64,000 bases of DNA, from contig JAADDJ010000010.1 of assembly GCA_013153965.1 (NCBI GenBank), forward strand, positions 17,443 to 81,442. The letters are read 5' to 3'. Position 1 is the first letter of the stretch. The number at the start of each line of letters is the position of its first letter. Below the pieces are notes generated by a model, which was not told where the DNA came from, ran no database searches, and saw nothing but the letters and a program-made list of their open reading frames with translations. The position numbers were made by a program, and so were the translations under genes. Source of the DNA: Thermotogota bacterium (lineage in GTDB: Bacteria; Hydrothermota; Hydrothermia; LBFQ01). Shown here piece by piece: positions 27,586 to 37,442 of the stretch.

Positions 27586-28980
27586 ATGAGCAAGATAAAG
27601 GAAGTTATAGCGAAAGTTAGGGAAACCTACGGGAACACCGAGAAGGAGTTTGTGCAGGCGGTGGAGGAGGTTTTGACGAGCCTGGAGCCCGTAGAGAAGA
27701 AGCATGAGGAGTTCACCCGCTGGAACATCTACGAGCGCATCGTAGAGCCCGACCGCGTCATAACCTTCAAGGTCACGTGGCAGGACGACCGGGGCCAGAT
27801 CCACGTCAATCGTGGATACAGGGTGGAGTTCAACGGGGCCATAGGTCCCTATAAAGGGGGACTGCGCTTCCGCAAGAGCGTGAATCTCGGCATCATCAAG
27901 TTCCTCGGCTTTGAGCAGATCTTCAAGAACGCTCTAACGGGCCTTCCCATGGGAGGCGGAAAGGGCGGCTCCGACTTTGATCCCCACGGAAAGAGCGACG
28001 AGGAGGTCATGAGGTTCTGCTACGCCTTCATGTCCGAGCTCTTCCGCCACATAGGCCCCTACACGGACGTCCCCGCCGGAGATATAGGTGTGGGCTCCCG
28101 CGAGGTGGGATACCTCTACGGCGCCTACAAGAAGCTCAAGAACGAGCACACCGGCGCTATAACCGGTAAGGACTACGAGTACGGTGGAAGCCTCATGAGG
28201 CCCGAGGCAACCGGGTACGGACTCCTGTACTTCACCGCCCATATGCTCAACGACCTCGGTCCGAAGGTGGGCATAAACGTTGAGGATCCCGACAGGCCCC
28301 TCAAGGGGCTCATCGTCGCCGTCAGCGGCGCCGGGAACGTGGCCCTGCACGCCATAGAGAAGGCGAACGAGATGGGCGGCAAGGTGGTCTTCGCCTCCGA
28401 CGCCTCCGGTGCCATATACGACGAGGCCGGAATCTCCGGCGAAAAGTTCCGCTTCCTCAAGGAGCTCAAGGAGATAAGGAGGGGTCGGATAAAAGAGTAC
28501 GCCGAGAAGTTCAACGTACCCTACTTTGAGGGTAAGTCCGTGTGGGACGTCATAGCCGAGAAGGGTATAAAGGTGCAGGTGGCTCTCCCCTCGGCGACCC
28601 AGAACGAGATAACCGGCAGGCACGCCGAGGCTCTGGTGAAGGTGGGGGTCAAGGTGGTGGCGGAGGGGGCCAACATGCCCTCAACTCCCGAGGCCATAAA
28701 GATATACAAGGATGCCGGTATCCTCTACGGCCCCGCCAAGGCCGCCAACGCCGGTGGCGTCGCCGTCTCCGGTCTGGAGATGTCGCAGAACGCCCAGCTT
28801 CTCCAATGGACGCGCGAGGAGGTGGATAACCGTCTGCGGGCCATAATGAGGCACATATACGAGGAGTCCAAGAACGCGGCCGAGGCCTACGGCCATCCCG
28901 GCGACCTCATGATGGGGGCCAACATAGCCGGATTCCTGAAGGTGGCCAAGGCCATGGTCGCCCTCGGCCTCTTCTACTGA
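27586..28980 (+). CDS. gdhA: NADP-specific glutamate dehydrogenase
   Basis: GDH active-site region GGGKGGSDFDP with catalytic Lys; Rossmann GAGNVA; 464 aa. Confidence 0.95.
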   Translation: MSKIKEVIAKVRETYGNTEKEFVQAVEEVLTSLEPVEKKHEEFTRWNIYERIVEPDRVITFKVTWQDDRGQIHVNRGYRVEFNGAIGPYKGGLRFRKSVNLGIIKFLGFEQIFKNALTGLPMGGGKGGSDFDPHGKSDEEVMRFCYAFMSELFRHIGPYTDVPAGDIGVGSREVGYLYGAYKKLKNEHTGAITGKDYEYGGSLMRPEATGYGLLYFTAHMLNDLGPKVGINVEDPDRPLKGLIVAVSGAGNVALHAIEKANEMGGKVVFASDASGAIYDEAGISGEKFRFLKELKEIRRGRIKEYAEKFNVPYFEGKSVWDVIAEKGIKVQVALPSATQNEITGRHAEALVKVGVKVVAEGANMPSTPEAIKIYKDAGILYGPAKAANAGGVAVSGLEMSQNAQLLQWTREEVDNRLRAIMRHIYEESKNAAEAYGHPGDLMMGANIAGFLKVAKAMVALGLFY

Positions 28981-29003
28981 AAGAGATAGCAAGGTCAAAA
29001 AAG

Positions 29004-29030
29004 GAGGGGGGCCTGCGGCCCCCCTCTTTT
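29004..29030. terminator. Bidirectional intrinsic terminator between gdhA (+) and nuoC-like (-)
   Basis: A6-GAGGGGGGCC-TGC-GGCCCCCCTC-TTTT: 10-bp GC stem flanked by A-tract and T-tract. Confidence 0.6.
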
Positions 29031-29046
29031 AAGTTCGGAGAATACT

Positions 29047-29535
29047 TCACTTGTTCGGTGGTAGGTCGGGCCACCTGCGCAGCTGGTAGTCCTTGCGCAG
29101 AGGGTGCCCATCAAACCCCTCCCAGAGGAGGATGCGCTCCAGATTGGGATGGCCGGCGAACTTTATACCGAACATATCATAGACCTCCCTCTCGTGCCAG
29201 TTCGCCCCCTTGTATATATGGGCGACCGATGGGACGCTCTCACCGTCATCCACGGCCACCTTGAACCGCACCCTGTCCCTGTGGTGTATGGAGTAGAGGT
29301 GATATACCACCTCAAACCTCTTGTCGTGGGGGAGGGAAGGCCCCCTCCATCCGAGATAATCAACGGCCGTTATATAGACGAAGAGATCATAACCCAAAAC
29401 CTCCTTGGCGAACTTCAGGACGTCGGTTATGGCCTCCCTCGCCACGTATATGGTGGGGAAGTCCTTCGTCTCCACCTCCGGCCCGACCTTGTCGCCGAAG
29501 TGGGCCTTGAGCGTGGGAAGTATGTTCCTACTCAT
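29047..29535 (-). CDS. nuoC: NADH-quinone oxidoreductase subunit C (30-kDa subunit family)
   Basis: Conserved core (e.g. ERE.YDMFGI.F.GHP.LRRIL) aligning with the complex I 30-kDa subunit; 162 aa. Confidence 0.8.
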   Translation of the reverse strand: MSRNILPTLKAHFGDKVGPEVETKDFPTIYVAREAITDVLKFAKEVLGYDLFVYITAVDYLGWRGPSLPHDKRFEVVYHLYSIHHRDRVRFKVAVDDGESVPSVAHIYKGANWHEREVYDMFGIKFAGHPNLERILLWEGFDGHPLRKDYQLRRWPDLPPNK

Positions 29536-30877
29536 AGTCGTTTCCCTCCGCTTGGTCGTAATCTCCCGCCTTTATATCCTCACCCTTGAAGACGCGGTTG
29601 ATGAAGGTGAAGGCCTTTCCGAGACGGATGTACAGCCAGTTGCTGTGGAGTCCGGGGAACATATCCGCCGGATACCCCACCGCCCCATCAAACTCCACAT
29701 ACACCAGATTCTCCCTGGCGAGACCCTTGTCAAGCAGAGTCTGCTTGAATCCCCTGTTGTGGGCCAGAAGGGTAAGCTCGTCCCTCTTACCCACATCTAT
29801 ATAGACCTTCGTGCTTTGGAATCCGGCCGCGTCCCTGCTTAGGGCGGTGTCTATGAGCGTTTGGGGATCGTGGAATGCCTTCCACGTACAGTAAGTCTCG
29901 GTGAGCGCCCTCTTCGTGAAGTTATCCGGGAGAGCCGGGTCAATACACGATGCCAGAGGCTTGCCAGCGGTGTCATAGGTGAAGGGGAATCGTACGCCGA
30001 CGCACAGCTTCATCCCGCGTATGGTGATGGTGTCAAGGAGAACCTCGCCGTTTATGGAATCCAGACCGTTGGGAGAGTAGAAGCAGTTCTCAATCACCCG
30101 CCAGTCGCTCGGATCCCTATAGGCCACCACGCGTGGGCTGAAGGCGGCGGAGAGACCGTTTCCGAGCGTGGCCCATCTCCTCTCGTAGCCGAGATAGTCC
30201 TTTATCCAGAGGGGAAGCCGCCCGTCGTCAAAATCCGAGAGCATGCTGTCTATGATATCCACGTTTATGAGGGAGTCAAAGGCCAGAGGACCCGAGTGCA
30301 GAGCGACGGCAACGAATTTACCGGGGTACTTTAGCCACAGCTTGGAAGAGCCGTAGGAGCCCATGGACAGTCCCATTATGGCCCTCCTGGTGGTATCCAC
30401 CGGGTAGGTGCGCTCCACCTGGGCCATCAGGCTATCCATTATGAAGGTCTCGTACTTTCCGAAGACCGTCGGTATGAGGGTGGAGTCGTAGGAGTTGGTG
30501 GAGGGTATGTACAGGTGGCTGTTGGTGTAGAAGGAGCCGCCCACGAGGTTGCGCCCGTCGGGCATCACGACTATGACCGGGTCCATCTGACCCGTTGATA
30601 TCATATAGTCAAGTATCTCATGGACGCCGTTGAAATACACGTAAGTCTTGTAGTCCCCTCCGAAACCGTGAAGAAGGTATATCACGGGATACTTGCCGTT
30701 CGGGTCGTAATTGGGGGGTAGGTATATCAAGGCCTTGGGGGTGATTATCCCCATCGTGGGGTCCACGGCCACGGAGAATTCCTCAACCGTCCCACTCTGG
30801 ATGGTTATCTCCTCGGTTTTCTTACACCCTTGGAGTAGGAGGAACCCTACGAACAGAGCCAAAACCACTTTCCGCAT
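29528..30877 (-). CDS. Lipoprotein esterase (alpha/beta-hydrolase, putative esterase family)
   Basis: Lipobox LLLQGC; nucleophile elbow GLSMGSYGS; YLLHGFGGD oxyanion region; 8-nt overlap with nuoC. Confidence 0.7.
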   Translation of the reverse strand: MRKVVLALFVGFLLLQGCKKTEEITIQSGTVEEFSVAVDPTMGIITPKALIYLPPNYDPNGKYPVIYLLHGFGGDYKTYVYFNGVHEILDYMISTGQMDPVIVVMPDGRNLVGGSFYTNSHLYIPSTNSYDSTLIPTVFGKYETFIMDSLMAQVERTYPVDTTRRAIMGLSMGSYGSSKLWLKYPGKFVAVALHSGPLAFDSLINVDIIDSMLSDFDDGRLPLWIKDYLGYERRWATLGNGLSAAFSPRVVAYRDPSDWRVIENCFYSPNGLDSINGEVLLDTITIRGMKLCVGVRFPFTYDTAGKPLASCIDPALPDNFTKRALTETYCTWKAFHDPQTLIDTALSRDAAGFQSTKVYIDVGKRDELTLLAHNRGFKQTLLDKGLARENLVYVEFDGAVGYPADMFPGLHSNWLYIRLGKAFTFINRVFKGEDIKAGDYDQAEGNDYE

Positions 30878-30932
30878 AGGCCGGAATTATAGCCGTGAAA
30901 TTGGGTCTGCTATGCACCGTTAGAATCTTCCC

Positions 30933-32273
30933 TTGGCGAAGATATACGAGGCTACCCTTTCGGGATGGGGAAACTACCCCAAAGCCAAGGGGAAGGTCGT
31001 CGTACCCTTCGGCATCAGCGACCTGAGAGGCTCCATCCTCCCCACGATAATTCCGCGGGGCCTCGGACGCTCCTACGCGGACCAGTCCATCAACGAGGGG
31101 GGGTACGTTCTGGATATGAGGCCCCTCGGTCGCTTCCTATCCTTCAACGGGGAGCGGGGACTCCTGCGGGCGGAGGCGGGCGTATCCTTGGATGAGGTCT
31201 TAAAGGTCTTCATCCCCAGAGGGTGGTTCCCCTACATCACGCCGGGGACGAAGTACGTCACCTTGGGAGGGATGGTCGCGAGCGACGTGCATGGTAAGAA
31301 TCACCACCGGGAGGGCTCCATATCGGAGCATATAGCCTCCCTGACCCTGCTGACTCCCTCGGGAGAGAGGCTCAATCTCACGCCGAACGACGAGGAGTTC
31401 TGGGCCACCGTGGGCGGTATGGGATTGACGGGTATCATCCTTGAGGTGGAGATGAGGATGCGACCTATAGAGACCTCCTACATCACCTACCGTTCCGTGC
31501 GCGTCAGGAACATAGATGAGATGCTCGCCGTCTTTGATGATAACGACCCCTATTACACGTACTCCGTGGCATGGATAGACTGCCTATCCTCGGGGAAGAA
31601 TCTGGGGCGGGGTGTGGTCATGTTCGGGGAGCACGCTCGGCTCTCCGAACTTCCGAAATCGCTGGCCCGGAAGCCCCTCTTCTACAGGCGGAAGCTGAAG
31701 GTGCGCTTTCCCATATGGGCTCCATCCTTCCTCCTCAACGACCTGACCATGGCCGTATTCAACTGGCTCTACTACACCACCCATCCCCCGTACGAGGGCT
31801 TCGTGGATTATGAGCGATTCTTCTACCCCTTGGATGCCATAGACGACTGGAATAGGGCCTACGGGAGGAGGGGTTTCATCCAGTTCCAGTTCGTCGTACC
31901 GGAGTCCGACACGATGGTGCGTGTTCTGGAGAGGATAGTGAAGCACGGGGGTGGGTCCTTCCTGGCGGTCCTCAAGAGGATGGGGAAGCAGCGGGGATAC
32001 CTGCCCTTCGGGATGCCGGGTTGGACTTTGGCCCTTGACTTCCCGATAAAGCCCGGCCTCTTTGATTTCCTAAAGCCCTTAATGAGGGATATAGTGGCAC
32101 AGGGGGGAAGGTTCTACCTGACCAAGGATGCCCTCATGGACGGGGAGATATTCCGGGCCTCTTACCCCGACTTCCCCAAGTGGTACGAGATCCGCCGCCG
32201 CTTGGATCCCGAGGGGGTTCTATCGTCCAACTTGGCCCGGCGGTTGGGTATGGACTCCCCATCGGGGATATAA
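30933..32273 (+). CDS. FAD-linked oxidoreductase (PCMH-type FAD-binding domain; DprE1/ALO-like)
   Basis: RGLGRSYADQS and VTLGGMVASDVHGKNHHREG FAD-binding motifs. Confidence 0.75.
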   Translation: MAKIYEATLSGWGNYPKAKGKVVVPFGISDLRGSILPTIIPRGLGRSYADQSINEGGYVLDMRPLGRFLSFNGERGLLRAEAGVSLDEVLKVFIPRGWFPYITPGTKYVTLGGMVASDVHGKNHHREGSISEHIASLTLLTPSGERLNLTPNDEEFWATVGGMGLTGIILEVEMRMRPIETSYITYRSVRVRNIDEMLAVFDDNDPYYTYSVAWIDCLSSGKNLGRGVVMFGEHARLSELPKSLARKPLFYRRKLKVRFPIWAPSFLLNDLTMAVFNWLYYTTHPPYEGFVDYERFFYPLDAIDDWNRAYGRRGFIQFQFVVPESDTMVRVLERIVKHGGGSFLAVLKRMGKQRGYLPFGMPGWTLALDFPIKPGLFDFLKPLMRDIVAQGGRFYLTKDALMDGEIFRASYPDFPKWYEIRRRLDPEGVLSSNLARRLGMDSPSGI

Positions 32274-32386
32274 TCTCCCCCTTATGAGCCTTGATGCTCT
32301 GCTCATGATGCTCTTCGCATGGTCGGTGGTGACGGCCATGTTCGTCTGGAGCATGTACATGATTCTCTTCAAAGGAGAGGGATGGG

Positions 32387-34096
32387 ATGGCGAAGAGGAA
32401 GAGTAAGAAAGGCGAAGGTAAGGAGAAGGAGACGAAGGCCAAGGGAAAACCGCTGCTTCTGGTTGAGTCCCCCACCAAGGCCCGCACCCTCGCCCAGTAC
32501 CTGCGGGGCAAGTTCGTGGTCTTAGCCAGCAAGGGCCACGTGAAGGACCTCCCTCCCAAGGAGTTGGGGGTGGATCTGGAGACATTCCAACCCAAGTATC
32601 AGGTCATAAAGGGCAAGGGAAAGACTCTGGCCTTCATAAAGAAGGTGGCCAAGGAGAGTGATTACATCCTCATAGGTAGCGACCCCGACCGGGAGGGAGA
32701 GGCCATAGCGCACCATCTGGCAGAGGAGCTCAAAAAGCTCAAGAAACCCATAAAGCGGGTCCTCTTCTACGAGATAACTCCGGAGGCCGTCCGTGAGGCC
32801 GTTGAGAATCCGACCGATATAGACCCCAAGAAGGTGGAAGCCCAGAAGGCCCGTCGCGTCCTTGACCGGCTGGTAGGATACCTGATAAGCCCTATCCTAT
32901 GGAAGAAGATAAAAGGCTGGGGGCTGTCGGCCGGCAGGGTTCAGACGGCCGCCCTCCGCCTGATAGTTGAGAGAGAGAGGGAGATAAGGGAGTTCGTACC
33001 CGAGCCCTTCTGGCACATATACGCCCACTTCAAGGAGCCGGGCGAGTTCGTCGCCAAGACGGCCAAGTACGAGGATAAGGAGAGGGCGCAGGAGGATTTC
33101 TCCAAGGTGAAAGATGCCCCCTTCGTCGTAGTAGAGTTTTCAAAGGAGGAGGGTAAGGCCAACCCTCCCCCGCCGCTCAAGACATCCACCCTCCAGCAGG
33201 AAGCCCACAGGCACCTCGGCTTCTCGGCCGAGAGGACCATGCAGTTGGCTCAGAAACTCTTTGAAGGTGTGGAGATTGACGGGAAGAGGGTGGGTCTGAT
33301 AACCTACCACCGCACCGACTCAACCCGACTATCGCGCAAGGGTGTAAATCTCCTGCGCAAGTACATCAGGGAGAACTTCCCCAAGGAGTACCTACCCGCC
33401 AGAGGGAGGACCTACGGACGCGACAGGGGGAACGTTCAAGGCGCCCACGAGGCCATCCGGCCCACCTATCCGAGCATTACCCCCGAATCCCTTCGGGGCA
33501 AGATTGACGAGGATATGCTCAAGCTGTACGACCTCATATGGCGTCGGGCTTTGGCCAGCCAGATGGCACCGGTGAGATACGAGAAGCGTAGGGCGGTCCT
33601 TTCGGCCGAAGGCGTGGAGTTCGTCGCCGAGGGCCTGAGGATCCTCTTCCCCGGATGGTCGGAGGTTTGGCCCTACAACGTCAAGGAGGGGGAGCTGCCG
33701 GACCTACGCGAGGGTCAGATTCTCAAACCGGAGAAGGTGGAGCTGGTTGAGGATGAGACGAAACCGCCCGCCCGCTACACCCAAGCCAGCCTCATAAAGG
33801 AGCTGGAGAGGAGGGGAATAGGACGACCATCCACCTACGCCACCATCATCTCCACCCTCTTCAAGCGCCGGTACATTTACCGACGCGGCAAAGCTCTGGC
33901 CCCCACGGAGAGGGGAGAGAAGGTTCTGGACGAGCTGCTCAAGTACTTCAAGGACCTATTTGATTACGGATTCACGGCCAAGATGGAGGAAGATTTGGAC
34001 CGTATAGAGGAGGGCAAGGAGACCTACGACCACCTGATAAGGGAGTTCTACACGGAGCTGGAGCCGAAGCTGAAGGAGGCCGAGGGTGAATCCTGA
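32387..34096 (+). CDS. topA: DNA topoisomerase I (type IA), compact 569-aa form
   Basis: TOPRIM LLLVESPTKARTL...GSDPDREGEAIA; active-site tyrosine context ITYHRTDSTRLS. Confidence 0.9.
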   Translation: MAKRKSKKGEGKEKETKAKGKPLLLVESPTKARTLAQYLRGKFVVLASKGHVKDLPPKELGVDLETFQPKYQVIKGKGKTLAFIKKVAKESDYILIGSDPDREGEAIAHHLAEELKKLKKPIKRVLFYEITPEAVREAVENPTDIDPKKVEAQKARRVLDRLVGYLISPILWKKIKGWGLSAGRVQTAALRLIVEREREIREFVPEPFWHIYAHFKEPGEFVAKTAKYEDKERAQEDFSKVKDAPFVVVEFSKEEGKANPPPPLKTSTLQQEAHRHLGFSAERTMQLAQKLFEGVEIDGKRVGLITYHRTDSTRLSRKGVNLLRKYIRENFPKEYLPARGRTYGRDRGNVQGAHEAIRPTYPSITPESLRGKIDEDMLKLYDLIWRRALASQMAPVRYEKRRAVLSAEGVEFVAEGLRILFPGWSEVWPYNVKEGELPDLREGQILKPEKVELVEDETKPPARYTQASLIKELERRGIGRPSTYATIISTLFKRRYIYRRGKALAPTERGEKVLDELLKYFKDLFDYGFTAKMEEDLDRIEEGKETYDHLIREFYTELEPKLKEAEGES

Positions 34097-34315
34097 TCAC
34101 CCCACGGACACAATCTTACTTCTACTCCTCATCCCCCGCACTATACGCAGGGAAGACTTGGGGACATTGAGATAATCCGCCAGAACATCCAAAAGCTCGT
34201 CGTTGGCCCTTCCCTCACGGGCGGGAGCCTTGACCCACACGACCAGTGTGTCCCCCTCCTCCACCACCTTTGAGCGCTTGGAGTTGGGTTTCACCTTAAC
34301 CTTCAGGAGCCTCAA
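34097..34315 (-). CDS. DUF167 (YggU-family) small protein
   Basis: LRLLKVKVKPNS...VWVKAPAREGRANDELLDVLADYLNVPKSSLRIVRGMRSRSKIV aligns with E. coli YggU; start set at TTG overlapping the upstream stop (GATTGA) with GGAGGG 8 nt upstream. Confidence 0.6.
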   Translation of the reverse strand: MRLLKVKVKPNSKRSKVVEEGDTLVVWVKAPAREGRANDELLDVLADYLNVPKSSLRIVRGMRSRSKIVSVG

Positions 34316-35133
34316 TCCTTCATCCCTCCGCGGGCATAGACTTCGGTTATCTGCCTCTGGAATATGGCGAACACCACGAGCGCCGGCAGAGCGCTCAGGA
34401 AGGAGGCGGCCATGAGGGCCGGATAGTTGGATACCTCCCCCTGCGAGAAGTAAGCCACGGCCAGCTGGATGGGGCGGAGATTCTTGTCCGAGACCACCAG
34501 AAGCGGCCACAGAAAGGAGTTCCACGTATATACGGCGCTAAAGACTATTACGGTTATCAGAACGGGTTTCACCACCGGTATGGCCACCTTCAGGAGGAAC
34601 GTCAAGTCGTTGCCCCCATCCACGTATATGGCATCCCTCAACTCTCTGGGGATGCTGCGGAAGGCCTGCCGCAGAAGGAAGATGGAGTATATGTTTGCCA
34701 TCCACGGCACGACGAGACCGGCGAAGGTATCTACCATGCCCAACTTCTGGACCACGATGAAGAGCTGGAGGATGAATACGGGCATGGGGATGGAGGCCAG
34801 AACGAGGAGGATTGAGAACAGGACCTCGCGACCCTTGAAGTCAATCCAAGAGAAGGCGTACGCCGCCAACGTGGAGGTGATAACCTCCCCGCTGACGATA
34901 AAGAGGATCATGCCCAGCGTCACGAGGACGCTCATGCCGAGATTGAGCTTGGTGAAGACGAGTCGGTAAGCCTCAAAGGTTATCTCCTTGGGCCAGAGGG
35001 TGGGTGGGAAGAGTATGGCCTCTGCCTGCGTCTTGAGGGACGTGATGAACATCCAGTAGAAGGGGAAGAATGTAAATATGAGGAGCAGTAAGGCCCCACC
35101 GCCCACTATAAGGAATTTGAAGTGCCTACCCAC
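34312..35133 (-). CDS. Carbohydrate ABC transporter permease (MalG/UgpE-type)
   Basis: 6 TM; WPKEITFEAY and EAA-loop region IYVDGGNDLTFLLKVAIP typical of CUT1 second permeases. Confidence 0.8.
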   Translation of the reverse strand: MGRHFKFLIVGGGALLLLIFTFFPFYWMFITSLKTQAEAILFPPTLWPKEITFEAYRLVFTKLNLGMSVLVTLGMILFIVSGEVITSTLAAYAFSWIDFKGREVLFSILLVLASIPMPVFILQLFIVVQKLGMVDTFAGLVVPWMANIYSIFLLRQAFRSIPRELRDAIYVDGGNDLTFLLKVAIPVVKPVLITVIVFSAVYTWNSFLWPLLVVSDKNLRPIQLAVAYFSQGEVSNYPALMAASFLSALPALVVFAIFQRQITEVYARGGMKD

Positions 35134-35824
35134 CGAAGACCTCCCTGTACATATCCTTCAGCGTTTCCCTCCGGGACGTTCCCAAGGTGATCCTACCGTC
35201 CTTGAGGAAGACGAAGCGGGTGGCGAAGTTGGCCAGCTCGTCTATCTGGTGGGATGTGAATAGGAAGGTCCTATCCCTACGCCTCTCCAACATCCGCAGA
35301 ACCTTCTCCCTGAGGACGAAGTCCAGCGCCGACAGGGGCTCATCTACGAGGTACATGGGCACGTCCTTGGCCATCCCCAGAGCCACACGCACCAGCATCC
35401 TCTGGCCCTTTGAGAGCTCCCCGTACTTCCGCGTCCTCGGTATCCCCGATATGCCGAGGAACTCCCACAGGTACTCCATGTCCATCCTCCAGAAGCGGGA
35501 GGAGAAGGATGCTATGTATCCCACACTGAAACCCTCGTAGAGATTGTCGTTCTCGCTCACGTAGGATATGACGGACCTGCTCGCGGCCGATGGGACCCTG
35601 CGTCCCATCACCGATATCTCGCCCGCTTGGAACGGCTCAACGTTCGCTATCACCTTCAGGAGCGTACTCTTACCGTACCCGTTGGGAGCCAGAAGGAAGA
35701 CCCTCTCCCCCTCCTCCACGTCCATATCCAAACCCCTCAGGACGGGCTTACGACCGTAAGTCTTGTAAAGGCCCCGAATCTTTAGCACCGGTACGCTATT
35801 ATACCGGCGACGCGCACCCTCCAC
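35126..35824 (-). CDS. ABC transporter ATP-binding protein
   Basis: Walker A APNGYGKST, signature LSKGQRMLVRVAL, Walker B MYLVDEPLSALD; 8-nt overlap with the permease. Confidence 0.85.
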   Translation of the reverse strand: MEGARRRYNSVPVLKIRGLYKTYGRKPVLRGLDMDVEEGERVFLLAPNGYGKSTLLKVIANVEPFQAGEISVMGRRVPSAASRSVISYVSENDNLYEGFSVGYIASFSSRFWRMDMEYLWEFLGISGIPRTRKYGELSKGQRMLVRVALGMAKDVPMYLVDEPLSALDFVLREKVLRMLERRRDRTFLFTSHQIDELANFATRFVFLKDGRITLGTSRRETLKDMYREVFGG

Positions 35825-35835
35825 CGATAAAAAAA

Positions 35836-35854
35836 GGGGGGCCGGAGGCCCCCC
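35836..35854 (-). terminator. Intrinsic terminator after the lipoprotein gene (minus strand)
   Basis: GGGGGGCC-GGA-GGCCCCCC hairpin followed on the minus strand by T8. Confidence 0.5.
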
Positions 35855-35873
35855 TCGGTTGTATGCGACGCGA

Positions 35874-36653
35874 TTACATCTTCAGCCAGCGGAGACCCTT
35901 GACGTTGTGCTGGATGTAGATGGTGAAGTCGGCGGTGTAGCCCGTGCCGGAGGAGGAGAGGTTGGAGACCTTCACGCCACCGAAGTAGTCGTTCTCGTCC
36001 ATCTCGCCGTAGCCGGTGGCGGTGTTGTCGGCCCAGAAGAAGTAGAAGCCACCGTCAGCCACGGCACGGCCGGTGGCGTAGTTTCCGGGATCGGGGGCGA
36101 GGTCGCCGGTCATGTTGTCGGAGAAGGCCAGCTCCATCTTGGCCTGGCCGACGGAGGTGGCGGAGGCATCACGGATCTCGGGAGTGCCGCTGTTGTTGTA
36201 GAGGACGAAGTAGCCGGTGTTGGCCTCGGCCACATCAACGTCGCTCTGCTGGATGGCGTTGAGGGTGGGATTATCGCCGAAGGTGATCTTAACCCAAGAG
36301 TTGCCGGTGAGGTCGTGGGAGACTATGTCCGTGACGGAGCCCTCCCAAGGGGTGAGGTCAAAGGGCGTCTTGGTGCCTCCGGCGTCTATGTATATCATGG
36401 AATAGACACCATCGGCGCCGGCGAGGGTGTAGGTGGTGTCGTTGGTCGTGGCTATAACGTTCTGATTCTCGTCCAAGATCTTGTACTCGCTCACCCCCTC
36501 AACGGACGTCCAGGTGAGCTTGAGGTCAGCGCCGTTGTTCACGGCCTCAGCCGTGATATCAACGTTGCCGCTTCCGCCGCCATTACAACCGCCGATAACC
36601 AGAGCACCGACGGCTATGGGTAAAAGCAGATAGAACCTTTTCATGACTTTCAC
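35874..36653 (-). CDS. Hypothetical secreted lipoprotein
   Basis: Signal + lipobox MKRFYLLLPIAVGALVIGGC; G/T/N/D-rich beta-type composition; no recognised family. Confidence 0.5.
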   Translation of the reverse strand: MKVMKRFYLLLPIAVGALVIGGCNGGGSGNVDITAEAVNNGADLKLTWTSVEGVSEYKILDENQNVIATTNDTTYTLAGADGVYSMIYIDAGGTKTPFDLTPWEGSVTDIVSHDLTGNSWVKITFGDNPTLNAIQQSDVDVAEANTGYFVLYNNSGTPEIRDASATSVGQAKMELAFSDNMTGDLAPDPGNYATGRAVADGGFYFFWADNTATGYGEMDENDYFGGVKVSNLSSSGTGYTADFTIYIQHNVKGLRWLKM

Positions 36654-36660
36654 CTCCTTT

Positions 36661-36951
36661 TTACTTTACCTTTATAGGCTTGGGCGAGGTCGTGGGCTTC
36701 GTCGTGCTCCCGCCCGTCGTCTTGGTAGTGGTCTTCTCGTGCTCCTCCGCCTCCTCGTTCATCAGCTCATTGACCTTCGCCTGCAGGTCGTTCAGCTTGG
36801 CCTCAAAGGAATCCACCTTGGCGCGCAGGTCCTCAACGAGAGCGAGCTTCTGATCTATCTCATCCAGCTTCTGCTGGATGTTCGCCTGATTACATCCCGC
36901 GAAGGCTATGACCGTGCCCGTCATTGCGAGGAATGCTATCTTCCTTATCAT
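36661..36951 (-). CDS. Small coiled-coil lipoprotein with T/K-rich tail
   Basis: Lipobox AFAGC; heptad coiled-coil KLDEIDQKLALVEDLRAKVDSFEAKLNDLQAKVNEL; 8 nt upstream of the preceding lipoprotein gene. Confidence 0.5.
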   Translation of the reverse strand: MIRKIAFLAMTGTVIAFAGCNQANIQQKLDEIDQKLALVEDLRAKVDSFEAKLNDLQAKVNELMNEEAEEHEKTTTKTTGGSTTKPTTSPKPIKVK

Positions 36952-36998
36952 GAGGCGGTATTTTATAGGTGAATCTGGGGGCCGTGTGTGAAAAGTTT

Positions 36999-37442
36999 TT
37001 AACCTGTAATTTTAAGTATCAGATTCACCGGCCCATCGTTGATACTGAAAATCCGCATATGACTTCCGAACTCTCCCCGTTTCGTCTTCACCATCTCCGC
37101 CAAGAGCCCGTAAAGATTTAGAAACATCCTCCGGGCCACGTCCGGGGACTCCGCGCCTCCGAAGCTCGGACGATTCCCCTTTCGCGTGTCGCCCGCTAAG
37201 GTGAAGTTCGGTATGAGGAGGACCTCCCCCCCAACGTCCCTGACCGATAGGTTCATCTTACCGTCGGCGTCCTCAAATACCCTCAGATGTGCAACCTTCC
37301 GTGCTATCTTCTCCGGCACGTGCTCCGGATCCCCCCTCTGGAAGCCGACGAATACCAGAAGGCCCCTACCTATTGATCTCCTCTCGCCGTCGGGGAGGAT
37401 GACGGCGGCTTCCGACACCCTCTGAACCAACACCACGGCCAT
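36999..37442 (-). CDS. dtd: D-aminoacyl-tRNA deacylase
   Basis: NFTLAGDTRKGNRPSF (SQFTLxxDxxKGxRPSF signature) and C-terminal GPV motif. Confidence 0.9.
   Translation of the reverse strand: MAVVLVQRVSEAAVILPDGERRSIGRGLLVFVGFQRGDPEHVPEKIARKVAHLRVFEDADGKMNLSVRDVGGEVLLIPNFTLAGDTRKGNRPSFGGAESPDVARRMFLNLYGLLAEMVKTKRGEFGSHMRIFSINDGPVNLILKITG

Noticed and set aside
27498-27587. 29-aa ORF as a double-glycine-leader bacteriocin precursor for the ABC exporters
   Set aside because: Although it contains ...CTGG-SVVVG..., the putative leader is only 11 aa, and neither ABC protein has a C39 peptidase domain. It has no convincing RBS and overlaps the gdhA start. Kept only as a note inside the island finding.
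29104-29589. 161-aa + strand ORF opposite nuoC
   Set aside because: Antisense to a conserved NuoC homolog; no motifs.
35859-36623. 254-aa G/V-rich ORF antisense to the lipoprotein gene
   Set aside because: Poly-Gly/Val translation is the mirror image of a G/T/N-rich sense gene; classic antisense artefact.
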